Source: Epithemia pelagica (lineage: Eukaryota > Protista > Bacillariophyta). Taken from it: a stretch of 64,000 nucleotides of DNA. The notes under the pieces were generated by a model that was given only the letters and a program-made list of their open reading frames with translations, made no database searches and had not been told where the DNA came from. Made by a program: the position numbers and the translations under genes. The stretch covers positions 1,922,001 through 1,986,000 of the forward strand of contig OX337238.1 in NCBI GenBank assembly GCA_946965045.2. The letters are read 5' to 3'. Shown here in pieces: positions 34,796-44,119 of the stretch; position 1 is the first letter of the stretch; each line of letters opens with the position of its first letter.

Positions 34796-37700
34796 TCAAT
34801 ACGTGAAACGATTCAAAATGTAATCCCGTCGCTTCTCTGGCAATGGCTTTGTGAAGATATCCGACAAGTTCGTTAGTGTTCCCTCCTTGGCTACTCGCAT
34901 GGTTCCAGCTGCCACGGCTTCTCGTGCACGATGGTAGCATATTGAGGTGTGTTTCTTTTTCAACGTTGATTCAGGAATGGAGGAGTTCTTGAATACAGCC
35001 TCGTTGTCACAGAAAACATTCGTTGCCCCTTCGATGGGTATTCCGAACATTCTAAGCTTGTATCTCAAGGCTTCGATATGCTCCACAGCGGTCCTCATGG
35101 CTATGAACTCACTGCCGAACGTACTTGTTTCGACCGTGTTCTGCCGCTTGCTATACCAGACGATTGGCGGCCGATTCACAAACATCAATATACCGGTCTG
35201 GGATCGCCGGGTGACCTTGTTACTCGCATGATCGGCATCAACAAAACAGTGTGTCGTCACTGGGTTACCGCGGGGTTCGGGCATGTCCCCAGGAATGGAT
35301 TCCTTTGCATCACGGTAGAAGTCAAACCAGTCATACTCAGTGAAGGATCTTTCATCTATCCCCGGGTCCTTCGGATCAAACCAAAGACGTCGTTTGGGAA
35401 AGGTCTTCAAGTATCCGAAGATGCCATATGCCTGCTGTAAATGTCCCTCTCTCGGCATTGCGAGATAGGTGGACATCATTGAAGTCTCGAGTAGTATGTC
35501 AACTCTGCCCAACTCAACTGCCCATCTGAGTATCCCAATCAACTCTTGATACTTCTGTATACCTTGGGCCTTTAGCTCCGGGCTCGTGTCGTTCTCAGGC
35601 CGGTACCCATATGACAACGGTGTCCTGCACCCGACCGGGAGCCTCCTCCCATTCTCTGCAAGTTGTTTCTCGATGTTCTCGATGGCGGCACGAACATATT
35701 TTTCAGACGATATGTACCATGCCTCGCGGCCATCCATTGTCATTCTTCCGAGTTCTGCCCCGAGATACATGTCAGGGGGCTCGATCTTGTCATCCTTTAG
35801 TTTAAATACTGACTGGATACCCTGTAATACTTTCTTTGAATCATGGGAAATTGCCAGAATATCGTCGACGTAGCACAAAGCGTACTCGTAGTATCTGAAT
35901 CCGTCGGGTTTGACTGCGGGTCGCATCCATACATCAGGATCAGCTTTAGATGGTGTAAATCCGAGATCGTATAGAGTCTCGGCCAAATGTGCACGAAAGG
36001 CTGCTCCGCTAGACTTGAGTCCGTACAGCGCCTTTTTCACTATCATGATGGACCCTTCCTCTGTCCCCAGCTCTGGTCCAGCCCTGAACCAAATCCTTTC
36101 CCTGCAATCTGCGGTCAAGTAGGCGTTCTGTATATCACATGCCGAAATGTCCAAGTCATTCAACGCGGCAATGAGGAGGGCAATCCTAACTGAGTCTCTA
36201 GACACGACCGATGAATAGGTAAGGGTAGCTGGAGTTTCAGTCACGTGTCCCCCAGCCACGAATCGTGCTTTCCTTCGGAAGTTCTCTCCCATCTTCACAT
36301 CAAAAACGATGAGGCACCGGATCTTTTGGTATCCGGCAGGAAGATCCTTTTCTGACTTTTCCCATACTTGGAAACCAGGACGCACGTTGCGCATTTCCTT
36401 ACAAATAGCGTCCCACCATAGTGTATTGCCGTTTTTCCGATCCAGTTCCTTTGCCTCTTCGACTGACTTCGGGATTTGAATCCCAAACTTATGCGTCCTG
36501 AGCCAATATTTGGATTTCAACTTCGAGATGATTCGATTCCTCTTTTTCAAGACTTTCGGAACCCACCAAGCGAATGCCGGTTCCATGGAGATCCTTGAAG
36601 CCACGGCATACTCCGAGACTTGAACAGGGTACGATTCTTTGATGTCTTTAAGGGCTACCCAGTTTGTTGAGCCGTCCTTCCATTGGACAAGCAGCTCCCA
36701 GCCGATTGTGGTTTCACGGCGTCGCTTGTTACCATTCTTCATCACGACGAAAGCATCCTGCTGTGTAATAGCTTTGCCATTAGTCCTGTGATCAATGATC
36801 TCATCGAGAAGTACTTGCCGATTCCCGTCGTCATCGACCTGGGAGAAAAGGTTCTCGGCGATGTAATTCGCCGCCAGTGCGGATCGTGTTCCGTCTCGAA
36901 ACTCGACCTCGTACATTCTGGTGTCAAGGATTGGATTATCATGGGCGGTGCCGATGGGCAAGCCGTCCTTGTCTCTCAATCGCTTGGTAACTTTGGCCAA
37001 CATCGGATGATCCTCGTCGCCTTTGGGTAGTGCAACCTCCATGTTGATATAGGTGTCATCGAAAACTTCGGGCGTGAACTCTTGGTCTGCCTCCTTGACC
37101 TCGTCATTGCTGACAACGTCATGGAACTCAGCGTGAAAATCAGGATCGTGGTCCAGAGGTGGAAGATCCCACTCTGTGGGTTGAGTTTTGCCTCCATCCA
37201 CAAGGAAGTGGGCGGAGTCATGCAATTTCTCAAGAATGAACTTGTCAAACTCGGAGCACCGGTGTCGAACTCCATTTTCTTGTAATTCTAAATTAGTGAC
37301 GCGAGTGACAGTCGTTCTCGAGACGACGCGTCCTTGATCAGTTAAAATCCAATAGGACATTAGGCTGCCAACTCGGTGTGAAACACCCAACCATCGTCCC
37401 AATCGGGTGGCTCCTAGGCCAGCATTATCGTTGTACCAACACCAATCGTAGAAGGTGAAGTCGAGGTACTCTGAAATGTCAGGGGTTTCCCCCGTTAGTC
37501 GTTCGATGCTAGTGCGACCGTCCAAATCACCGGATTGACGGGCAGTGCGCTGCATCGTCTCGCATACCCAGCGAATGCCGTAGTCCCAAAGACGGCGGGG
37601 CACGCGTTGCTCGTGCATCACACGGAACCACCGCTTGCGGATTTCGCGTATAACACCTTCTACTTTGGATTGGTTGTGACGGTATGGTTCGGTTACTTGC

Positions 37701-38929
37701 AAGTCAATCGCGTGCTTGCGGACTTGCTCGCGGAACGTTGTACGCTTGCCTGTTTGCTCGCCGGAGCCGTCGCACAAAAGTGTGTCCGGGACTCCAAAAT
37801 CAGATATAAATTGTTTGAGTCCTTCACCGGCGTGACTCTTCTTTTCTAAGGGGTACGCCACGGCGAAGAAATCTTTATTCGCAAAAATCTGCGCATGACA
37901 GTTCCCATCGAGAGAACGATACTGTCCGTCCATTGTATCGGTAAAGATGACATCCTTAATGCGCGGTCGTTCGAACATTCTGTCGGCTCGGTACCGTCGT
38001 GCCAATGGCAGGATAGCGGACCGTATCATGCGTTGTGTCGTTGCCGCAAGCGTCTTTTTGGCTTGCTCCAGGCCGATAAACCATCGCTCGCTCAAAGATT
38101 GAGCTGTTACGGTACCTCGTCGTTCTTTTGAGACGAAGGTTCTTTCTGCTGGAATATCCAGCCGTGGTTGGAATTCGGGTTTTATTTCATGGTCGTCAAT
38201 TTGCACACTGGCAATCAAACGCTGTGTTAAACAGGGCGGATCATGGATCGTTCCCCTGAGGAGTGACTCAGAGGCCATGGCCGAAACCTGATTCGAGATT
38301 TCACTTGGTTGTTGGCTTGGGAAAGCCACTGTATGAGGATCCCATTCGTAACGGGACGATAACTCGATATGAGGCAGCTCTTCAAGCTCTCGCTGTGACG
38401 GTGTCCTTGTTTCGAAGAAGATGATCGTGCCTTGCGAACTGAACGGAACGAAACATTCATCGTGCCTAATGCCCATGGCTTCTTTGCCATAGGGATTGTC
38501 GAAGACGTCGATCCCATGAGCTCGAATCTGGTTGGGGTTTATTAAGGTGTGCTGCATTTGCTCACCCATCCATAAGGCCTCATTGAAGACAAGTATGAAT
38601 TCTTGCCCGTCACTCGGGCGTGTCCACAGGGTTGCTCCAGACACGACGGGTACATGTCGAATGGCGTCATACGCGTCCGTATATGGAGTGACGTCGCATT
38701 CCTTGCCCGTGTATGATAAAACCGTGCAATTCGCCCCGAGGACGATGGTATCGGCATGAGTATCTAATTCCACTCGACCACATTTCGTGTCATTTCCGGT
38801 GGAACCAGTTGCCATGTTCTTAGCTTTCGTCTTTGTTCTCGCGCTTGATATGATTCTGCTGATGGTCCTTATGGGTCTCCCTACTTGTTGATATTTAAGA
38901 ACATTCAATCGTATACAGAGGTAACTCAC
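34796..38929 (-). CDS. Copia pol (protease, integrase, RT, RNase H)
   Basis: ELDTHADT; FTDTM/LLCDGSGE/VEGVIRE; CDIQNAYL, KALYGLKSSG, YVDD; VDADHA, EFIAM, CDN, NLSDIFTK. In frame with gag beyond a single TGA. Confidence 0.96.
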   Translation of the reverse strand: MSYLCIRLNVLKYQQVGRPIRTISRIISSARTKTKAKNMATGSTGNDTKCGRVELDTHADTIVLGANCTVLSYTGKECDVTPYTDAYDAIRHVPVVSGATLWTRPSDGQEFILVFNEALWMGEQMQHTLINPNQIRAHGIDVFDNPYGKEAMGIRHDECFVPFSSQGTIIFFETRTPSQRELEELPHIELSSRYEWDPHTVAFPSQQPSEISNQVSAMASESLLRGTIHDPPCLTQRLIASVQIDDHEIKPEFQPRLDIPAERTFVSKERRGTVTAQSLSERWFIGLEQAKKTLAATTQRMIRSAILPLARRYRADRMFERPRIKDVIFTDTMDGQYRSLDGNCHAQIFANKDFFAVAYPLEKKSHAGEGLKQFISDFGVPDTLLCDGSGEQTGKRTTFREQVRKHAIDLQVTEPYRHNQSKVEGVIREIRKRWFRVMHEQRVPRRLWDYGIRWVCETMQRTARQSGDLDGRTSIERLTGETPDISEYLDFTFYDWCWYNDNAGLGATRLGRWLGVSHRVGSLMSYWILTDQGRVVSRTTVTRVTNLELQENGVRHRCSEFDKFILEKLHDSAHFLVDGGKTQPTEWDLPPLDHDPDFHAEFHDVVSNDEVKEADQEFTPEVFDDTYINMEVALPKGDEDHPMLAKVTKRLRDKDGLPIGTAHDNPILDTRMYEVEFRDGTRSALAANYIAENLFSQVDDDGNRQVLLDEIIDHRTNGKAITQQDAFVVMKNGNKRRRETTIGWELLVQWKDGSTNWVALKDIKESYPVQVSEYAVASRISMEPAFAWWVPKVLKKRNRIISKLKSKYWLRTHKFGIQIPKSVEEAKELDRKNGNTLWWDAICKEMRNVRPGFQVWEKSEKDLPAGYQKIRCLIVFDVKMGENFRRKARFVAGGHVTETPATLTYSSVVSRDSVRIALLIAALNDLDISACDIQNAYLTADCRERIWFRAGPELGTEEGSIMIVKKALYGLKSSGAAFRAHLAETLYDLGFTPSKADPDVWMRPAVKPDGFRYYEYALCYVDDILAISHDSKKVLQGIQSVFKLKDDKIEPPDMYLGAELGRMTMDGREAWYISSEKYVRAAIENIEKQLAENGRRLPVGCRTPLSYGYRPENDTSPELKAQGIQKYQELIGILRWAVELGRVDILLETSMMSTYLAMPREGHLQQAYGIFGYLKTFPKRRLWFDPKDPGIDERSFTEYDWFDFYRDAKESIPGDMPEPRGNPVTTHCFVDADHASNKVTRRSQTGILMFVNRPPIVWYSKRQNTVETSTFGSEFIAMRTAVEHIEALRYKLRMFGIPIEGATNVFCDNEAVFKNSSIPESTLKKKHTSICYHRAREAVAAGTMRVAKEGTLTNLSDIFTKPLPEKRRDYILNRFTY

Positions 38930-38968
38930 GATTTTATAGAATGTAACAAATAGGGAGGGTAACCGTCA
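38877..38968 (-). promoter_or_regulatory. Candidate gag-pol stop-codon readthrough signal
   Basis: UGA CGG UUA CC, then a stem-loop with helices of 13, 6, 6 and 3 bp (38957-38877). Confidence 0.7.
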
Positions 38969-40441
38969 GCCCTGTCTGGCCTTGGCCCTTTCATTCCTGC
39001 CTCCGAAGTGGTTCCCGGCATCATCGGGCACGACTTCGTCTTGTTTGGCTTCTTTGGCCTCCTTAAGAGGAGTCAAACTGGTAGATAATTCAGCCACTTG
39101 GCGTTTCACCTCCGACAGGAGGGTATCTGTGATGGTCGAGATTTCAGCGGCCTTGCGCTTGCCACCTGATTTTTGTTTCTTCTTTCGTTCATCAATAACT
39201 TTTTGTTTATCATTGTCCGATAGCTCCTTCCAGTTCTTATAGAAACCGGTGAATATGGAACCGTCAGGCATAACTACACCATTCTTGGGTGCTTTGGCTC
39301 CCCTCTGAGGGGTGTTGTTGTTGCGGTTTCCTCCACCGCGGATACGTTGTGCCGCAGATACCTTGCGTGCCAACTGGAATTCCGGCATCTCGCTGACTGC
39401 GGCAGAGATGTGATTTGCCGCCTGAGTATATGTCAGGCCATCCATATCAAAGCGGACCTTCAAAGCCTTAACGGTATCCTGTAGCTGAGGATGCTGGACG
39501 CGCTTGAAAAGTTCGCGAATCTTCGCCGCATCCGTGTAAGCTTCCCCCTCGTCTGCATAGATGTTGAACATCTTTTGCAGACGATCGAGGAATGTGGTGA
39601 AAGGGAGCGAACGTTCGCTCTTGTAGTGGAGACTATCACGCATCCTGTCGGCAGTGGCAATGCGTCGACTTGCGTTACCTTCTCCTTCATAATGGTCCCG
39701 AAGTGCTTGCATGTCGCGGCGGCCGTCGGCATATCGAGAGAGATGCTTAATCCACTGCTCAGCCGTTTCGGCGACTAAGAAATTTTTCAACAGTTGGTGG
39801 ACCTTTCTTGCATCGGTACGAAAGTGTGTACCCTGGAGAGGAGCACACGCGACCATAGTCGCATTAAAATCATCTCCAAAGTCTCCGTTGTGGTCCGGTT
39901 GTTCATTTTCACGGACAATGTATGACAAAGGAACACCATTGACACCAGGGATGGTGCTGAGGTAGTTCACAAATGCCGGCTCCCAATCGGGCCATTTGCG
40001 TTCATCTTTAAATTTTCCGGGGTCGGCTGCCTTACTGACGGTATCAGCTTGGTCAGCCTCGACCTTTCGAGTTTCGGAACGTTCAATTGATTTCATCAGC
40101 ACTTCTTTGAACTCTTGCTCGTTGTTGAGATTGGTGATATCGGGTTGTGCTGAGCACCGGAAGAAATCTTGAACCCAGTGCATAATACCAAGCATCCATT
40201 TAATGCGTCGCATCCCAAAGATGATGCGCCCGTTTGCGTCGGTGCGCTTTTCAAAACTCTCGGCCATGTTACGGATGTCGGTTTCCGTTACTCCAGCAAA
40301 GTCACTCAAGGACTGAAAGCCTCCTTCATTTCGGATACGAGTCTGATGTTGTGCATCGGTAAAACCGATCCAAGCGAGTGCTTGATTGAGGTCTGCCAAT
40401 CTTGCCGCTGCCTCTGCGGCTGCTGCGGCTGCTGCTGCCAT
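38966..40441 (-). CDS. Copia gag (491 aa)
   Basis: First ORF after the 5' LTR/PBS; capsid-like segment DPGKFKDERKWPDWEPAFVNYL...GVNGVPLSYIVR. No CCHC knuckle seen. Confidence 0.9.
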   Translation of the reverse strand: MAAAAAAAAEAAARLADLNQALAWIGFTDAQHQTRIRNEGGFQSLSDFAGVTETDIRNMAESFEKRTDANGRIIFGMRRIKWMLGIMHWVQDFFRCSAQPDITNLNNEQEFKEVLMKSIERSETRKVEADQADTVSKAADPGKFKDERKWPDWEPAFVNYLSTIPGVNGVPLSYIVRENEQPDHNGDFGDDFNATMVACAPLQGTHFRTDARKVHQLLKNFLVAETAEQWIKHLSRYADGRRDMQALRDHYEGEGNASRRIATADRMRDSLHYKSERSLPFTTFLDRLQKMFNIYADEGEAYTDAAKIRELFKRVQHPQLQDTVKALKVRFDMDGLTYTQAANHISAAVSEMPEFQLARKVSAAQRIRGGGNRNNNTPQRGAKAPKNGVVMPDGSIFTGFYKNWKELSDNDKQKVIDERKKKQKSGGKRKAAEISTITDTLLSEVKRQVAELSTSLTPLKEAKEAKQDEVVPDDAGNHFGGRNERAKARQG

Positions 40442-40660
40442 GTTTTAAATATGTTTTCTGTGTGAAAAACGAATTGTATAACAATTAAGGGTCAGTCGTC
40501 GCGAGACAACAACATACAGAGGTGATCAGTCTCCGTGGTTTGCCAGGGTGAGCAAATGCTCAAGTCCCTCCTTTCGCAATCTCGACATGCGTCCCGCACG
40601 CATGTATGGACCGAGAAAGCGGCGCTCAGTTGCATCCTGTCCTTGCTGGGTCTGATAAAC

Positions 40661-40873
40661 CGAATAAAACTCGCAGTAACTACGCGGTGTACTCACAGGC
40701 TTAGGTGGAACTCAGGATTTCATGCAAAAGAGTGACCATACGGTCCAAGTTTCTAAGGGTAAGAGTTATCGCTAACAATAACAAGTCTTCATATCGCCAG
40801 AAAGTGGGTCCGCATGCCGACCCCAAAACGGTTCCGCGCCGGGCATTTGCCGGCGTGCTGCGGATTTCATTCG
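40661..40873 (-). repeat. 5' LTR of the Copia element
   Basis: Identical to 34535-34747; followed on the minus strand by the candidate PBS GTTTATCAGACCCAG. Confidence 0.95.
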
Positions 40874-41062
40874 TCATGACCGCTCGGAAACCGCAACATG
40901 TTCTTTCCGCGACTCCAACGCGATTTCATGGGGCGGGATCAACCACAACCATAACGAGACTTGCCAATTGCCAATCCATCCAGAGATTCCAAACCCCACA
41001 AAATAAAGCACACTCTGTAGTACTCTCTTCCTCTCTCTTTCCTGTCGAATATATATCCAAGG

Positions 41063-44000
41063 ATGAAACAACAACATCCACAACGACTACAACATCCACC
41101 ACGAACAAGACTCCTCCATGCGGACCACGACGACAAGAGCGACGACGATCACCACCACCACAACGGACGACAACGACAACGACGACGGCAACGGCGAGAG
41201 AACTGGCAAGAGTCACCACCACCACCACCACCACTTGTTTCCCATCATCCTCCTCATCCTCCTCACTCACCACCAAATCTACGACGACAACCACAACAAC
41301 GACAAGGCGTAGGATGGGCCAAGTGCTTTTCGACACGAGGACCACCAAGTCTCGGGGTGGTCGCGTCCTTCTTGTTCAGTGTGTGGATCCTCCTGAGTGT
41401 CAGGGCCCTGTTGGTTCTGCCGCAGCAGCAGCAGCAAGGTGTTATCAGAGATCCAGGTCAGCAGGACGACCACTACAGAGCGTTTCACAAACGAATCCAA
41501 TCACCACCACAACCACACCATCCGGAGGACTCCTACACCACCAACAACAACCACGACTCGATTCCTTCTTCTGGTACACGAAGTAGCAACCACCACCACC
41601 ACCACCACCACAAGAATGAGAACGTCTTGGTATGGAATGAGGCGGACTGGAATCATGCCCGTGCGTCCCTAAAGGGGGGACGAGCGTCCCTGGCATGGTT
41701 GGACCACCAGCACTCAAATTACTCCACCAGCACCCTCCGTCCAAGCAGCAGCAGCAGCAACCACATTCTGGAGGTGACACCCATGATGGCCACGGTGGAT
41801 CGTCGTCGACAACACTCCTCCGAGCCGGCGCACCACACCCAGGATTCCACCACCAACACCAGCAAACACCAAACGGCCTCCTGTGCCATTGTCTCCTTTG
41901 TGGCCGTGTCTCCCACGTCCTACATTCGCTTTCAGGTTCCTCATCCCCCCACGGATGAGGCCGTGGTGCATCCCACGTGCGCCATTTGTTACGACGACAA
42001 CAACGACAACCACAGTCACAGTCGTCCTCGTCGTCGTGTGTGTCGTCCCGGCACGGCCACCTTTTCTCGTCGCCAACGCTGGAAGTCGGCTTATTGGCAT
42101 GCGGCACGATACGAACAGTATACCCACTTTGGCAAACACGACGATGTGCGTGATGCCGTACCCGGCTTTGCCTGGGCCGTGTGGTGTCACCTTGTCATAC
42201 CGCCACCGCCCGAATCATTCGAATCTTACCACAAGGACCACCCGGAGGAGTTGGGGGACGAGGAGGATGCCTGTGCTCGGTGGCCCGAGCTCGTGTGGCA
42301 GCCGCAGTTTCGTCCAGCCTTTCGCCACGACAAAACAAATGAGACGACCAACTCCCACACCACCCTACCGCCACCACCATTACTCGAGAATGTGGTGTTT
42401 ACTAGCAGCTTTACCTTGCCGTCTCGATACAAATCTCCTCGTCACGGAGCCCATTTTCGGGTCACAGCCACGTGGCCCTGGGAGTCGGTTTTGTGGAAGA
42501 GGAACCAACCGTCCAGGAACGACGACGACAAGCCTCATTCCTTGTCCCCGCCACAACCAAACAACAAAGGATCCACACCACCACCACACCAAGAGGACCA
42601 TCCTGACAACCACTGGGCGGCGGCATGGAGTGACGACGAGAATGACAACGACAAGGACTCGTTGGTGTCGCATCGTCCTTCCTCCACTACTACACCTCCC
42701 ACAGATGCCCGTCATGTCAAACTAGTGTGGGTGCAAGGACCCTTGTGGCAACCACAACAACAACCATCATCATCGACTCGTGTCACAAACGAAACCAACA
42801 ACAAGACCCATCCAAATTCCAACAACACCACCTTGGTGCCACCCGAGACCTTGTTGACTACGACAGCCTCGTCGCCGTATCCAATAGTGGTGGGACGTCG
42901 ATTCCTCTTGTCGCTGGTGCATCAAGCCACGATTGCTCCAAATTCGACCCGTCTCTTGGGTGTGGTCGATCGTCAAGCACGAGCCGTCCATGACCTGTTG
43001 CACACTCGATTCTTGCCACAACCACTCACCACCTGGTTTCCCTGGTGTCGTCCGACGCCGCCACCACCGCAGCAGCACACGAGTCACAACGACGACGACA
43101 AGAACCAGAACAACCAGTCGGCATCTTTTTCCGTGTGGAGGAGGGAACCACCGGAACTTTCGGCAGCGACGGGGACGTTGAACTTGGATCAACAATGTTT
43201 GGTCCGGGGAACCACGACACGAACAAGTCGTAATAGTGGTAGCACTGCTGCCGGGACCGACCACACGGCGGTGGACGACGACAACAACAACAAGATGACC
43301 TTAAGAGACTTGTTGCATCGTCGTCAGGTGGAAATTCAAGTCATTCCCTTTCCCTTACCACCCTCCTTGTATGGCACGATTCGACAAATGGGACAACATG
43401 CCTTTGCGGCATGGATGGGGGTCCGATATGCTCCCGATTACCACGTGGTACTGTATCTGGACGATGATGCCATTCCGTTTGTCGTACCACGTCCGCCTCT
43501 TGTACAGGATTCGGTGTCCACCACCACCACCACAACAGCCTCCAGTGGTGGTTTGTTACAGCAAGTGATTTACGAGCGCATGTTTGCCACGGCATCATCC
43601 GACAATGGGAATCATCATTCCAAGAAATTGCCCTGTGTCAACCAACAATTATTGGCACTGGAATATGCCGTTTTGGATCCAGCATCTCCCACTACTACTA
43701 ACAACCTGTCCGGATTGCTGACAGCACCCTTGGCATCATCCTCTCGTCGTCGTTCCCAAACGGAATTGGCGTGTGTGCACCAACTCGTGAACAATGCAGA
43801 CCTGTGGAATGACATTGTCCAAAAATGTACTTCCTTTGTCGGTCATGTCGTTGCTCGATCCGATTCTCTAGGAATGCTGTGGATGCACAACAATTATGCC
43901 ACAGCACCCACTGATTTGGCCCCGGGAACTCGGTATTGTCCCAAACCAGAAGAACAAGAAACACAACCAGCATCCTCACAACAACGACAAGAACCAGAAG

Positions 44001-44119
44001 AACCGGACTGGTTGTTTCCACCCGACCAATTGGTCGAACTCCATTTACGGTCCGAGCCGCGGCCGAGACGACGCTGGACCCATTGTATTTGTCGATTGCC
44101 AACCCCCATTGTCACATGA
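41063..44119 (+). CDS. Low-complexity type II membrane protein, possible GT-A glycosyltransferase (1018 aa)
   Basis: Long open frame, N-terminal signal anchor (LGVVASFLFSVWILLSVRALLVL) and a DxD-like HVVLYLDDDA motif. The function is weak inference. Confidence 0.6.
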   Translation: MKQQHPQRLQHPPRTRLLHADHDDKSDDDHHHHNGRQRQRRRQRRENWQESPPPPPPLVSHHPPHPPHSPPNLRRQPQQRQGVGWAKCFSTRGPPSLGVVASFLFSVWILLSVRALLVLPQQQQQGVIRDPGQQDDHYRAFHKRIQSPPQPHHPEDSYTTNNNHDSIPSSGTRSSNHHHHHHHKNENVLVWNEADWNHARASLKGGRASLAWLDHQHSNYSTSTLRPSSSSSNHILEVTPMMATVDRRRQHSSEPAHHTQDSTTNTSKHQTASCAIVSFVAVSPTSYIRFQVPHPPTDEAVVHPTCAICYDDNNDNHSHSRPRRRVCRPGTATFSRRQRWKSAYWHAARYEQYTHFGKHDDVRDAVPGFAWAVWCHLVIPPPPESFESYHKDHPEELGDEEDACARWPELVWQPQFRPAFRHDKTNETTNSHTTLPPPPLLENVVFTSSFTLPSRYKSPRHGAHFRVTATWPWESVLWKRNQPSRNDDDKPHSLSPPQPNNKGSTPPPHQEDHPDNHWAAAWSDDENDNDKDSLVSHRPSSTTTPPTDARHVKLVWVQGPLWQPQQQPSSSTRVTNETNNKTHPNSNNTTLVPPETLLTTTASSPYPIVVGRRFLLSLVHQATIAPNSTRLLGVVDRQARAVHDLLHTRFLPQPLTTWFPWCRPTPPPPQQHTSHNDDDKNQNNQSASFSVWRREPPELSAATGTLNLDQQCLVRGTTTRTSRNSGSTAAGTDHTAVDDDNNNKMTLRDLLHRRQVEIQVIPFPLPPSLYGTIRQMGQHAFAAWMGVRYAPDYHVVLYLDDDAIPFVVPRPPLVQDSVSTTTTTTASSGGLLQQVIYERMFATASSDNGNHHSKKLPCVNQQLLALEYAVLDPASPTTTNNLSGLLTAPLASSSRRRSQTELACVHQLVNNADLWNDIVQKCTSFVGHVVARSDSLGMLWMHNNYATAPTDLAPGTRYCPKPEEQETQPASSQQRQEPEEPDWLFPPDQLVELHLRSEPRPRRRWTHCICRLPTPIVT

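Larger units (their letters stand above)
34535..40873 (-). mobile_element. Full-length Ty1/Copia LTR retrotransposon (diatom CoDi-like), recent
   Basis: Identical 212-213-bp LTRs, TSD TCAT (or GTCAT), gag plus PR-IN-RT-RH pol, and a purine tract TCGAGGGGAC next to the 3' LTR. Confidence 0.97.

Noticed and set aside
34579-34806. 75-aa ORF, repeated at 40705
   Set aside because: It is the antisense reading of the LTR.
38879-38929. GTGAGT...AAGTAG possible 51-nt intron at the pol start
   Set aside because: It lies downstream of the gag stop, so it cannot remove it; it is shorter than the other introns here and overlaps the stem-loop.
40705-43264. Numerous alternative ORFs over the 1018-aa gene
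   Set aside because: Low-complexity CAC/CAA tracts lack stops; no independent evidence supports them.
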